From assembly GCA_964016885.1 (NCBI GenBank), contig OZ024742.1:102920001-102984000 (forward strand): 64,000 nucleotides of DNA, in the 5' to 3' direction. The first letter of the stretch is position 1. The number at the start of each line of letters is the position of its first letter. The notes under the pieces are model-generated. The model was not told the origin of the DNA, ran no database searches, and saw only the letters and a program-made list of their open reading frames with translations. The position numbers and the translations under genes are program-made. The stretch comes from Eledone cirrhosa (lineage: Eukaryota). Shown here piece by piece: positions 1-12,683 of this stretch.

Positions 1-149
1 TCTCAAGTGATGGAGATTCAAATGACTGATTCTGATTATGGAATCTTGTTGTTTAGCCTCATGTCAACCCTGATCAAGTAAATTTATGATAAAAAATCTT
101 CTAGTTATCACCATTCATCTTTTTGTATATCTATGACTATCTTGTTTAA

Positions 150-352
150 CCCTTTAGCATTTACATTACTCTATATTTACTATTATATTTTCATGGTAAA
201 GGCTTTATCTTACATAATTATCTCACATAATATGGAATTTATGAGATTTTGATAATACCTTAATATCAGTATGAATGGCCAGTTACAGCTGGTTTGAACA
301 GAAAGAGGTGAGAGAATTCTGGCTGGATATGGCCGGTTTAAATGCTAAAGCG
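150..352. mobile_element. piggyBac-like MITE
   Basis: TTAA|ccctttagcattta ... taaatgctaaagcg|TTAA. Confidence 0.7.
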
Positions 353-677
353 TTAATGTGTCCCTCCTTTTTTTAAAGGCCGGAGTGTGTGACTTGAGGG
401 ATATTTATCTGCTATCTTTAGCAGGTTAATATAGATTTGGTTGACACCAGGCATTCATATTCTCTGTGATAATTGTGTATTTAGTGTACCACAACTTTGT
501 CATAATCCTACCATTGATACTTGGGCTTTAGTTCCTGAAGTAGAATGGTTTTACTATTTGTTTGTTTTTGGTACAGTTATAAAACATGGAGGTGCTATTA
601 AATATATCAAGTGTTTGCATGTACATAGCAAAACTAATTATCATTAACTCTGATTATAATAAGTCCTCTCTTCACAG

Positions 678-749
678 ACAGTTTACCATGCAATCTATCT
701 GGCAGACATATGTAAATCACAAGACCAACAAATTTCTATATTTAAAAAG
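678..749 (+). CDS. MSH5: MSH5 exon TVYHAIYLADICKSQDQQISIFKK
   Basis: ttcacag| ... AAG|gtaaat; 72 nt, phase 0/0. Confidence 0.9.
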
Positions 750-1008
750 GTAAATATTTTGTAACATTTCAACTATAATATATTGTATTCAGTATTTAAA
801 TACTCTGATTACTGCTAACAATTTTGAACACACCCATTCAGAGGAAGATCAGTATAAGGCTTGGCTGAGATTAGTGCAATTGGGGTGTCTGGTAATTCTT
901 TTATAATGTTTTTATGTCTTGTGAGAAATAGGTTTATTTGTTTGAACATTTTTCAGTTTTGTTATTGCTCTTGTTCGCAGCTATTTTAACTGTAGATATT
1001 GTGGTCAA

Positions 1009-1442
1009 CCCTTTTGTTACCATGTTTCTAATGAAAGAGATTGCCTATAATTTTTTAAATAATCAAGAATTCGGAAGGTTTTAGTAAAATAAACCAAATA
1101 AACCTTGTTATGTTCCAGCTTTGAGAAGCTGGTCTTTGAAACATAACAAAAGTTCTTACATAAAATTATGATGGAAGGTCTTTAGATAGATATAAACACA
1201 TTAACCCTTTTCTTACTATATTTCTAATGAAAGACGCTGCCTATGGTTTACAATTAATTTAGAAAATAATCAAGAATTTGGAAGGATTTAATAAAATAAC
1301 TAACTTTTACATTATTAAGCTGATGTTTGGAACATAACTTAACCAAGGCTTTTACATAAAATTATGATGAAAGTTTTTAGGTAGATATGAACAGTTCTGT
1401 ATAAAAACAGGAGCAATTTCAGGGAATTTGGTATCAAAAGGG
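1009..1442. mobile_element. piggyBac-like MITE (1205-1442) with partial tandem duplicate (1009-1200); relatives near 4720-4990, 10640-10980, 17535-17680
   Basis: TTAA|ccctttt ... aaaaggg|TTAA; about 196-bp repeated segment. Confidence 0.65.
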
Positions 1443-2489
1443 TTAAGTAGTGTGTATCAGTTATGCATGTGTGTATTTCTGATTTAGGTACAAAGTCAGA
1501 ATATTTTAGGGAAAGGCAAAAATCCACACCAGTACTTGACTGGTAAGATCCTGGAATCTCACTTTGGTGAGACATGAACTTAAAATGTAAAGAACCAGAA
1601 CAAATGCCACAATGGCTTTTTATCTGACGCTCTACCAATTTTACCAATTCACTGCCCTATTAGCAAGTGTATATAAATGCAGATATGCAAATCAGCTGTA
1701 GATATGGAAATAAGCAGTCCTAGACCAAAACAGGGTGGTCCTTTAGCAAAGCCTAGTCCCCAGAAGTCACCCTTGCCAGGACTACAGCGAAGCCATAGGG
1801 AGCATCATGGTAGATGTGTCATTCAGCAGAGGAACTCTTAGAAGTCAATGGTGGCTGATAAACATGATGTTGAGCAGAAGAACTATAACAATAGTCAACA
1901 GTTGAGATCAAGTTCAGTTAGCAAACAACTGCCTGCATTTGTAGTGGTTGTGTATGCAACTTGCGTTACTCAGCTAATGAAAGGCAAAAAATAAAAAAAG
2001 AATTTGCCTGATCCGATGGTGATATAAATGCCATGAAAGCAATGAGTTTAACATTTGAGATTGACCTAAAATACAAAATACTGAGCATATTCTGAATGTG
2101 GGCTACAAGGGAAATAAAATAACTATAGGCAGTAATAGATTCAGTGGAGTGCTTGGCAAAATGTTGTGTGATATTTGATTATGTCCTTTTTATTTTGAAT
2201 TTAAATCCCACCCACCTTTATCTTGCCTTTTGTTATTCTGAGGTTGATAATATAAGTTCTATTGAGAAATTAAACTGTACTTTATAGGAAGCTAGTATGT
2301 ACTATATAGATTCTGTAATGGGCTGTATAGAAACTAGTGTGTAGTACACAATAGGTAGACTGTACCATATGGAAACTACTCTGTACTATATAGAAACAGA
2401 CTCTACTGTATAGAATGTATATGTTTGTATGTATTATATCTAAAATATACTTGTCATTGTCATCTTCCTCTTCCTCCTCCTTCTTTTTA

Positions 2490-2870
2490 TGTTTTCCATG
2501 ATTGCAATGTGTTAGACAGGTCTCTTCTGTGAGGTTCAGCATTTTCAGATCTGCTATTACTACTTCTTTCCGGGTGTTCCTTGGGCTTCATCTACTGCAG
2601 CTTCCTTCCACTGGGAGCTCCTGGCATTTCTTCACTTAATGATCATCCACCATGAACAAAACATGGCCATACCACTACATGTGATTCCTCTTATACTCAG
2701 TTTCTCTCTCAGCTCATCCATGCTTTGCTATTCATGTGCATTAATATCACACATCCATGGAATCATGCTTGCTTAATTTCTTTCCAGCCTTTGCATGCAT
2801 ATCCTCTGCATTTACTGCCCATGTTTCACCTTCATGAAACACTGCACTTCACATGCAGGTATCATACAGC
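2490..2870 (-). mobile_element. Degraded RTE-like LINE 3' fragment
   Basis: reverse strand contains WYGHV motif typical of the RTE ORF C-terminus. Confidence 0.4.
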
Positions 2871-2879
2871 TAGTCAGAA

Positions 2880-3310
2880 ACTGACTGTACTGTATAGACC
2901 ATATATACGCCTGTATTTATTATATAGAATTTTTTTTATAAGCACAAAATGTATACACCATCCTGAGGCCGAGGTATTCTGTACTTCTCTGTACTGTTTC
3001 AGAAAGGAGGGATAAACATGCCAATCTATGTTTAGAATCCCGAGCAATGCTGGGCCATTCTGCTAGTTATATCTAAAATAGACATGACTGTACAATATAG
3101 ACCATATATATGTCTGTATGTATTATATCTAAAATAGACATGAGTGTACTATATAAACCATATATACATCTGTATTTATTACATCTAAAATAGGTGTGAC
3201 CATACTATGTAGACTATATATACATCTGTATTTATTATAGCTAAAATAGACGTGATTGTACTATATACAAACAAATTGATATATATGTCTGTATTATATC
3301 TAAAATATAC
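2880..3310. repeat. Degenerate ~55-bp tandem repeat interrupted by the Helitron fragment
   Basis: recurring tattatatctaaaatagacatgactgtactatatagaccatatatacatctgta. Confidence 0.7.
2932..3066 (+). mobile_element. Helitron 3'-end fragment, same family as 57267-58128
   Basis: cccgagcaatgctggg hairpin then CTAG|T; near-identical to reverse complement of 57267-57400. Confidence 0.75.
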
Positions 3311-3325
3311 TATCTTATGTTTCAG

Positions 3326-3382
3326 ATCAGTTCCACATTCACAGAAGACCTCTATAGAATTGCTACTTTGATTAACAAACTA
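3326..3382 (+). CDS. MSH5: MSH5 exon ISSTFTEDLYRIATLINKL
   Basis: tttcag| ... CTA|gtaagt; 57 nt. Confidence 0.9.
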
Positions 3383-3628
3383 GTAAGTTTGTTTTATTTT
3401 GACTCACAATTACTTGTTATGATATTGTTATTACAATGTTCCTTCTAACTGTCTATGCTCACAGTTAAATCCCACCAAAATCAACTTTGCTTCTCACCCT
3501 TCCAGGGTTGATAAAATAAAGTTCCTGTTAAGTACTAGGGTTGGTATAATTGACTTTCCCCTTCCAATCTGGTGTAGTCTGCGCACTAGAGTTTTGAGTT
3601 GGTGAAGCTTGAACTTGAGGGTCTATGG

Positions 3629-4306
3629 CAAAGGTTCTCAAACTTTTTAGGCCACCACCTCCCTCACAACCAAGTAATACCCTCAGCGCCCCCTCCCCCC
3701 TGTTTCCAGAGAGACCTGCCTACTTGCAAATTGCAAATAATACATAATAAATAGAATCGTTAATTTATATATAATAAATAATATAATAATGGAGGCACAT
3801 GGCTTAGTGGTTAGAGCATTGGCCTTGCAATCGAAAGGTTGTAAGTTCAATTCTCAGACCGGGTGATGTGTTGTTTCCTTGAGCAAGACACTTTATTTCA
3901 CATTGCTCCAGTTTACTCAGCTATAGAAATGAGATGATAGGGACTGGGGTTCCTATCATTCCACTGCAAAATGGTCATGGAGGTGCCACGGCAAAAAAGC
4001 ACCCAGCACTCACTGTAAATGAGATTGGTGTGAGGAAGGGCATCCATCTGTAGAAATCAAGCTAGTCAGTTCCCGTCTCACCCTTGCAAGCAGGGAAAAG
4101 CGGATGTAAAATGATGATGATGATACTATGTATAAATAAATATATATTCTTTATTTTACTATAGTTATATATAATATGTATCATTTGATATCTAATATAC
4201 TATTATATTATCTCTACCACCAATGCCCCCCCCCCTAGGCCCCAGTGCTACCCTGGATGCCCCCCCCCCCCCCAAGAGGCAGTAGCGCCCACTTTGAGAA
4301 CCTTTG
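3629..4306. mobile_element. Non-autonomous hAT element with nested tRNA-SINE-headed repeat (about 3791-4125)
   Basis: perfect 14-bp TIR caaaggttctcaaa/tttgagaacctttg; perfect 8-bp TSD gtctatgg. Confidence 0.9.
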
Positions 4307-4492
4307 GTCTATGGTATGGCAAACGGAAGAATTGGTGACCCAAGGATAAGATTGTCTTCCTTTATGGTTATCTGCACCTGGTGAAGAATCAATTGCATGT
4401 CCATGATAGAGGCCTCAAACTCCTCTGTGTTGTAATTAACATTCACAAACTCAAACTTAGTTTATAAAAACTTGACTGGTTATTCATTTCAG

Positions 4493-4565
4493 GTTGACTT
4501 TACTGAATCAAAAGCACAAAATCGCTTTGTTGTGAAGGCCAATGTTGACCAAGCATTGGATGAAA
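4493..4565 (+). CDS. MSH5: MSH5 exon VDFTESKAQNRFVVKANVDQALDE
   Basis: tttcag| ... A|gtaagg; 73 nt, ends phase 1. Confidence 0.93.
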
Positions 4566-6151
4566 GTAAGGTTTTCTTTTGTTGTATTATTATTCAGTCT
4601 GTTAACCCTTTGACACCAAACCATCAATGGTTCCATGATATTAAGCTATTTATTTTAAAGTATATGTATTTATCTAACCACCTCACCTTCATAGATTTTT
4701 GTAGGAATCTTTGTTAACTTAATAATGAGTAAGTTAGCCTTATTACTAAATGTCTCTAAATTCTTAATTATTTCAAAAAGTATTTGAAAATCATAGACTG
4801 TCTTTCATTAAAAATATGGTAACAAGAGTTAAACTGGTGTTTAGATCTATTTAAAACCCTTCCATCATGATTTTATGTAAGAACCTCTATTAAGTTATGA
4901 CACCAACTTAATGAGAAAGTTAGTTACACTACTAAATCCCTCCAAATTCCTGATTATTTCCAAAAGTATTTGAAAATAATAGGCAATGTTTTTCATTAGA
5001 GGATGAACTACAAATCTCATGATTTGTAGTTCATTGAAGAAATGATCATTACTGTTGTCCTTATTACCAACACACATTTGTTATTACTGCAAACTTGATT
5101 TCTATTTAATGCTTTTGATACAAACTCACATGAAACTAACTCTGGATCTACGAGGAAAAATTGTTTGTTTTAAAGTGTTCATGTTTAAATTCAAACCTTT
5201 CATTATAATTTTTTATGAGAACCTTTTCTTAAATTAGGCTCTAAATTCTAACTTATTAATAAGAAGGTTAATTATACTAATAAACTGTTCCTAACTTTTT
5301 GATAATTTAAAAAATTATTTGAAAAAATTATTAGAAAGTATTTCTAATGAAAAACACTCTATTTCAAATAATTAATTAAAAAAATTTGAGAGCTGTACTA
5401 AAATTATTTCTTATTTCTTTATACTAAGATAATAATTTAACATATGGTTCATATATAAAATCATGTTGGAAGATATTAATCTAACTAGGAACACTTTAAA
5501 ATGAATGGTTTTGTTTCAAAGAACCAGTGCTTAAATGTTACTGGTTTGCTATCAAAAGTGTTAATAGCTCTTATCTAATTGTGTCTATCTTGTACCAGTT
5601 ACTCTACTAAATCATCCTGTTACTTTTAGCTCATCTTTTCAGGTCTTCTTTTTTCCTTCTCCAACTACTTCTGATTCTGATTAAATTATATTGATTTATG
5701 AAACATGTGTTTCCTTTGAGTTTATCTAGTAAGTAAATGGTACATTCAATATTACCATCCCACCATCACCACCACCACCACCACCACCATCCCACCACCA
5801 CCACCACCACCACTACCCCAGCACCATTATCCCGCCACCGCTGCCACCATTCCACTACCACCACCACTATCCCAGCACTATTATTCCACCACCAACACCA
5901 TCACCCCACCACCACTAGCCCAGCACCACTATCACCATCATCATCATCATCATCATCATCATCGTCATTGGTATAGCTATTGTTATCACCATGATAATCA
6001 TCATAATCATAAGAACCACAACAACAATAATAGTAATAATAATTTTATTACCATCATCATGATTTTTTTTACAGTATCATCAACTATCACCGTATAAGTT
6101 GAAAATATTGATAAATAAGTAAAAAATTAATAAAACAATTGTCTATTCCAG

Positions 6152-6261
6152 AGAAAAGAACCTACAATGGCTTGCCATCATTTATGACAGAAGTTGGTAA
6201 GGAGGAACTGAATCAGCTCAGTGAAGATATAACAGAATGTAATGTTGTATATTTACCACAG
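6152..6261 (+). CDS. MSH5: MSH5 exon (K)KRTYNGLPSFMTEVGKEELNQLSEDITECNVVYLPQ
   Basis: ttccag| ... CAG|gttagt; 110 nt. Confidence 0.95.
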
Positions 6262-7100
6262 GTTAGTCATATATACTCACCATTCACTATATTATTGAAA
6301 AGTTCATATGAAGGAGTGATGCTAGAACTGTGAAATCTTGCATGCATTAATTTCAACTCTTCTTATTAATAACTGCATTATTTCTTTCCAGGGACAATGC
6401 TGAAAAATAAACCTCATTTGGTCATTCCATGAGAGTATCTTGGTTGGCCTATGAACTTATCAGCCGACCCTCGTATATTAAGGTAAAGGATCCTTAACTC
6501 CTGATGGAGTCATAGGAACGCCATCCTGACACATAGTGTGACTTGGGCATTTTAAACTTGGCAGAGCCCTTCCCTCTCCATGTTGGCACATAGCTGATTT
6601 CTTCCAGAGAAAGAATTGGATCCAGTACTGGATTGGTACTTTATTTATTGACCTCGAAAGAATGAAAGGCAAAGATGACCTTGGTGGGATTTGAACTTAG
6701 AGGCATTTCTACTCTACTATCTTTTATTTATATCATATCATGCATTTTGTTAAACAGAAGCGTAGTTGGTTATATTTTCACCACTTACTTTGTTACAAAC
6801 ACAAACATATATAAAACAGTCTTTTGAATTGATTCTCTCTAGCAAATTTCAGTCAATGAGCATTGATCAACCATGGTATTGATCAACCAAGAAAACATTT
6901 ACCCATAGTACTGTACAATGAGTTTGAATCTAGAACCAAGTAGTTGCAAAGCTAATTTCATTACTACAACCATAACCACACAGCCATAGTTTATATATAT
7001 CTATTATTGACTTTGTTGTTACATCATACATCTACCACAGATTAGTTGAGCTAGTGAGGGAGTTTCTATGTAACCAATCAACCTGCTAGTGATTGATAGT

Positions 7101-7288
7101 AATAATTGTTTCTACTTTTGGTACAAGGCCAGCAATTACCCAGTGCATTACTGGTACTTTATTTTATTTATCGACGCCGTAAGGATGACAGGCAAAGTTA
7201 ACCTCAGCGGGAACTCAGAAAGGCAAGGGCCATAACTCTATGCGTCAAAGCATGGTGTCCAACCCTCTACCGATACTGCCAATCCACC
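7101..7288 (-). mobile_element. tRNA-derived SINE family A
   Basis: reverse complement of the ~190-bp unit with A box TGGCAGTATCGG and tail gtagaaacaattatt. Confidence 0.85.
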
Positions 7289-7590
7289 TAATAATTGCTC
7301 ATAGCAACTAATAAACCCTTTTGTAGTTGAAATCATCATCATTTAACGTTTGCTTCCCTTACTAACAAGGGTTGGATGGATTGTCACAGATCAAGTCAAT
7401 ACTTAGCCGGAGCTAGGATCCAGCCAGATCAATTGGAAATGTTTGTTTCTGACAGGACTTGCTGGAAGGAGTGTTTGAGGTCTCTGTCCCCACAAACCTC
7501 CCAGGAATAAGTGGGTGAAGAAGAAGAATGAATTTTTATTTATTTTTTAATTATTCATTTACATTATTTATTATATATATTATTGTGCAG

Positions 7591-7671
7591 CTTGGCTACT
7601 TATTAGCAATTCCTCGTTCTGAGAAAATGACATCAGAGGCACAGTTCAACATTCCTGGACTTGAATTTGTT
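7591..7671 (+). CDS. MSH5: MSH5 exon LGYLLAIPRSEKMTSEAQFNIPGLEFV
   Basis: gtgcag| ... GTT|gtaagt; 81 nt. Confidence 0.93.
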
Positions 7672-7783
7672 GTAAGTATCAATAGTCATCATTATTGTCA
7701 TCATCATAACCAGCATCGTAATCCTCATTGTTGTTATCACCATCATCATTATCAGTCATTGTCAGTCATTATCATCACCATCA

Positions 7784-7922
7784 TAGAGTTACGGCCCTTG
7801 CCATTCTGAGTTCAAATCCCGCCGAGGTTAACTTTGCCTTTCATCCTTATGGGGTCGATAAAATAAAGTACCAGTAATACACTGGGTAATTGCTGGCCTT
7901 GTGCCAAAAGTAGAAACAATTA
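7784..7922 (+). mobile_element. SINE family A, 5'-truncated
   Basis: B box gagttcaaatcc, shared body and tail. Confidence 0.85.
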
Positions 7923-8398
7923 TCATCACCATCATTATCCTTATTGTCATTATCTCAATCATCATCATCATCATCATCACATCACATCACCTTCATCATC
8001 ATAATTACTACTTCTTCATCATAATCCTCCTCCTCCCCCTCCTTCTCCTCCTCCTCCTCATCATCATCATCATCCCTGTCTACAACAACTCACCTATTCA
8101 CTTGTCTACATTCTGAGTGTCCCTCAAATAAAATCCTTTGTCACCTAACATTAACTCTAAACATCCTGTACCACATTAAACCACATTAGCAAGACATTCT
8201 TGAAAAGTATGAAACTAGACAATGTCTGCATCACATTAAAAATTGAATTCTTTACTTTAGTTTACTGAAAATTTCCCAATATTCTGTCCACTTGTAAAGA
8301 TACTATGAACACTTTAAAATATGTTCTACATCGGTAGATATTGCTATTACTTACATTAGTAGACGGGTGAATTATGAAATTTCATGGTACCTAGTTGT

Positions 8399-8680
8399 GG
8401 AGACACATGGCCTAATGGTTAGGGTGTTGGACTTATGATCATAATATCATGGGTTCGATTACTGGACTGGGTTGTGTGTTGTGTTCTTGAGCAAAACACT
8501 TTATTTCATGTTGCTCCAATATACTCAGCTAAAAACGAGTACCAGCAATAGTTAGGGGTTTAACCCTGCAATGGACTGGTGTCCTATTCAAGGGGGAGTC
8601 TTGTACTCTCAGTCGCTTCACACCACAGAAACTAGGATAATCACCGGCCTGATGAACCTCTGAACTCAAGACAGACTTTA
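8399..8680 (+). mobile_element. tRNA-derived SINE family B; other copies about 11085-11345(-), 29540-29910(-), 51750-51860, 52815-53060, 55125-55300
   Basis: A box tggcctaatggttag, B box ggttcgatt, central ttgagcaa.acactt CORE-like segment. Confidence 0.75.
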
Positions 8681-9392
8681 GTAGTAGTTTTATGTTACCT
8701 ACTTAGAACTAGATGAACTCAAGTGTTTTTTGGCTGTAGTTGTTGTTGAGCTATGTAGACCTATGATCAAAGGCATTCTATCCCGTCTATATTTGATTAT
8801 CCTATCAATATTTTGTGTAAGCACATAGTGTATCTAAGACTACATTATTCAGTATATTCTTGTCTTTAAGTTGGTTGAGTGTGATTATGTGCATGAGTGT
8901 GATTATGTATGTGTGTGTGTGTGAGATTATGTGCGTGTGTGTGTGTGTGATTATGTGCGTGTGTGTGTGTGTGTGAGTGTGTAAATATATACATCCTCAT
9001 CATCATCATTTAATGTCCATTTTCCCTGCTAACAGTGGTTTGGGTGGGTTTCACAGTACTGAAGCAAAGTTACTGACCTCTCAGATAAGCAGGGTCCCTG
9101 CATCTCATGCTCTACATTTTATCCTAACACCAGCACTAGAGAGCTTGTCATGTCTTTAACTAGTTGAAGGGTTCTACCAATTCTTTACTTAAGTACTTAA
9201 GGCACTTAAGTACTGATGGCATGTCTAACTCTACCTAGCTGGAAAAATGGACATTAAACGACAATGATAATGATGTCTCCTTATTCATAACAAAATATAC
9301 TTCTTCACTATTTATATCAACACATCCTGTTTTTAGGTCTATAAAATTTATTTGAAACTATTATTTTTTTGTCTTTTTCTTGTTTTTCACAG

Positions 9393-9438
9393 TTTTTATC
9401 CAACAATATGATACACTACAAAAGTGCCAGCACTAGAC
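9393..9438 (+). CDS. MSH5: MSH5 exon FLSNNMIHYKSASTR
   Basis: long pyrimidine tract, tcacag| ... C|gtgagt; 46 nt. Confidence 0.9.
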
Positions 9439-9709
9439 GTGAGTTGTAGTAAACTTTTTGTTGCTTTTATTCTTATTACTATTGTTGTTGAGGGTGTTGT
9501 ATTGGCAGAATCGTTAGAATGCTTTGTGGTATTCAATTACATCTCTTTATGTTCCCAGTTCAAATCCTGCTAAAGTCAACTTTACCTTTCAACCTTCCAG
9601 GGCCCATGAAATAAAGTACCAGTCTAGTACTCGGGTTGATGTAATTAACTTCCCCTTCCCACAAATTGTTGGTCTTGTGCCAAAATTAGAATTCATTATT
9701 ACTATTGTT

Positions 9710-9900
9710 GGCGGTGGATTAGCAATATCGGTAGAGGATCGGACGCCATGCTTTGACGCATAGAGTTACGGCCCTTGCCATTCCAAGTTCAAATCCCGCC
9801 GAGGTTAACTTTGCCTTTCATCCTTATGGGGTCGATAAAATAAAATACCAGTAATACACTGGGTAATTGCTGGCCTTGTGCCAAAAGTAGAAACAATTAT
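9710..9900 (+). mobile_element. SINE family A, preceded by an older diverged copy (about 9500-9700)
   Basis: full unit matches other copies. Confidence 0.85.
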
Positions 9901-10019
9901 TACTATTGTTGTTGTTGTTGTTAAGGCCACAATGGTGATGAACAAGGAGAACTCAGTCAATATGTGACAGTAGTTCTTCCTTTTGGGCACTGCCTCTTAT
10001 AATGCAAAGGAACTGGTTA

Positions 10020-10385
10020 TCCAACTACCATGACATCTCTGAGCACTTTCTTTACGTGCTGGTCTCTGTTGAGGTCTCCAGTGTTCTTGGTCTCTGTACT
10101 GCCATTTTCCTCTGCAATATTGGGAAGAGTGCATCCTGCCAGAGAAATGACCCTATGAGGTGGAGTGGTTGATGCAGTCAGTGTTGCTGGCTGTGCTCCG
10201 TGGCAATGCTTTCACCCTTTTGTCCATGGAGTGCAGCTGAGATATACCACCTAGACTGTGGTGTAGAGCCAGCTACTCCATCTCCCCTTCTCATACTTTC
10301 ATTATTCAATTTTTTTCTTTTCTTTATTGCAAACATTATATAATTATATAATTTTATTAAAATTTGTTGAATAAAATTTACTATT
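10020..10385 (+). mobile_element. CRE-like retrotransposon 3' fragment
   Basis: translates ...VSVEVSSVLG...EWLMQ...LAVLRGNAF; AT-rich tail shared with 56590-56660. Confidence 0.65.
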
Positions 10386-10552
10386 TTCTTTATTACCATT
10401 GATTGTGTGCAACCCAGCAGTGTTTGAGGCTAACAATTCTATGAGAAATGGTGTGAAAATGTGATTATGTTGTAATCTATATATGAAGTATTGCTCTCCC
10501 TCCTCTGACAGTTATTTTTTCTGTGAATCTTTTAACACCCTTCTATTTTCAG

Positions 10553-10594
10553 ATTTGGACCAGATGCTAGGAGACACCCAATGTGAGATCACTG
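10553..10594 (+). CDS. MSH5: MSH5 exon (H)LDQMLGDTQCEIT
   Basis: tttcag| ... G|gtgagg; 42 nt, phase 1/1. Confidence 0.9.
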
Positions 10595-10703
10595 GTGAGG
10601 AATATTAATCGATTCATTTACTTATTTAAAATGAACAACACTGCCAATGATTTTCAAATAATTTTGAAAATAGTCAAGAGTTTGGGTGGAATTTAGTAAT
10701 ATA

Positions 10704-10871
10704 CCGTATTTCCTGGCATCAAAGACGCTACTTTTTCCTAAAATAAGTCTCAAAAATCTACCATGTGTCCTGGAGGCCAAAGGTTGTTTATTATTATTTT
10801 TTTTTATTTTTGGTTGTCAAAATTAGGGTACGTCCTCGAGGACGAAGCGTCTTCGGCACCAGGAAATACGA
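10704..10871. mobile_element. pogo/Tigger-like MITE
   Basis: TA|ccgtatttcctgg ... ccaggaaatacga|TA. Confidence 0.7.
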
Positions 10872-11454
10872 TAATCAAATTACCCATTATTAAGCTGCTG
10901 TTAGAAACATAACAAAAGGTTCTTATATAAAATTATGATGATACATTTTTATATAAATATAAACACTTTAACCCTTTTTTAACCGGCGGCTAAATGCATG
11001 ATTAATTGATTGGAATTTTAAACATGAACAAACACTACATTCTTGACTGCCATAATTTTGTGTCTAATTCTAAAGTCTGTTTTGGGCCTGCAGGCTCATT
11101 AGGCTGGTGCTTATAGCAGTTTCCGAGTTAAGCAACTGTGAGTACAAGACTTCCCCTGGACAAGACACCAGTCTATCACAGTGTTAAACCCCCAGCTATC
11201 GCTAGTACACATTTTCAGCTGAGTATACTGGAGCAATGTGAAATGAAGTGTTTTGCTCAAGAACACAACACACAACCCAGTCCAGGAATGAAACCCATGA
11301 CATTATGATCATAAGTACAACACCCTTACCACTTGGCCACACACCTCAAATTAAACATGAACAAATATTACATTCTTGACAGCCCCAATATTGTATAGTT
11401 TTCTTTTATTCCTTGTGAAATGTCTAATTGTTGTTGCCACATGACTTATTACAG

Positions 11455-11551
11455 ACCACGAAACAGCCATAATGCATCAACTGCAGAATACTATATTGGA
11501 ACATTGTGAAGTGTTGTTTAATGTCATGGATTCTGCTGCAGAACTGGATTG
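11455..11551 (+). CDS. MSH5: MSH5 exon (D)HETAIMHQLQNTILEHCEVLFNVMDSAAELD
   Basis: ttacag| ... TG|gtgagt; 97 nt. Confidence 0.93.
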
Positions 11552-11667
11552 GTGAGTTTTGTTCAAGTCCCCATCTACCACCCTGGGCAGCTGTTTTTTA
11601 TGCTGTAGCCTTGAGTTGACAAGTGGCTTGTGAGTGGGATTTGGTTGATGGAATATTACAGAAACTC

Positions 11668-11704
<37 letters not shown>

Positions 11705-12015
11705 TTAACAGATGCATTGGAGAAACCTATCTTGTGTGTGTGTGTGTGTGTGTGTACATGTAAGTACATGTGTATGTGTGATAACGTGTGTGTGTGTGTG
11801 TGTGCATGCATAGACACGTATGTGTTTGTGTATATTGATGAAAGATACACATACTGGTCAGAAATTGCTGATGAACAGAGGCATCACCCCTCCCCCAACA
11901 TATCTGGTGATCATTGTTCTGCCTACTCTGAGTTGCAAAGACACTCCCTTTATGACTTGCTTCATCAGAAACATAAATTGACCCATTGGAAGCCTTATAA
12001 CAAACATTATTTGTC

Positions 12016-12202
12016 CGGTGAATTGGCAGTATCGGTAGAGGGTCGGACGCCATGCTTTCCAGCATAGTTACGTCCCTTTACGATCTGAGTTCAAATCCCG
12101 CCGAGGTTGACTTTGCCTTTCATCCTTACGGGGTCGATAAAATAAAGTACCAGTAATGCACTGGGTAATTGCTGGCCTTGTGCCTAAAGTAGAAACAATT
12201 AT
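12016..12202 (+). mobile_element. SINE family A
   Basis: A and B boxes, full unit. Confidence 0.88.
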
Positions 12203-12593
12203 TTGTCCAGAAATGTACAGTATATAAGAAAAGAAGTGGTAATGTTCATGCCACAAAATAACACCCAGTCCAACCACAAGGTGTTTGCCATTAGGAAAGG
12301 CATCCAGCCATAGGAGCCATGCCTAAATGGACCATATGAGCAAGGCACAGTCATCTAACATGCTTGTCTAGACTCAGAATGTGACAACCCATATGACGAA
12401 TGCAAGCATGGAAATAGATATAAAATGGTGATGATGATGATGGTGATGGTGATGGTGATGGTGATGGTGATGATGATGATGATGAATATGTGAATGAAGT
12501 AAAATGGATGCAACTGAGATTCAAACTTCAATTACCAATGTCATATTGATGTGAACCACTTTAATTTATATTTATTTTTGTATAATTGAACAG

Positions 12594-12683
12594 TCTAATA
12601 GCATTAGGCCTTTGCGCCCAAGAATTTGGCTATGTCCAACCAATATTTTCTACTGAAAACATAATTAATATCAAAGGTGGCAG
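12594..12683 (+). CDS. MSH5: MSH5 exon (C)LIALGLCAQEFGYVQPIFSTENIINIKGG
   Basis: gaacag| ... AG|gtaggt; 90 nt, phase 2/2. Confidence 0.92.

Noticed and set aside
12016-12110. tRNA genes
   Set aside because: The A/B boxes belong to SINE heads followed by a shared non-tRNA body; no cloverleaf evident
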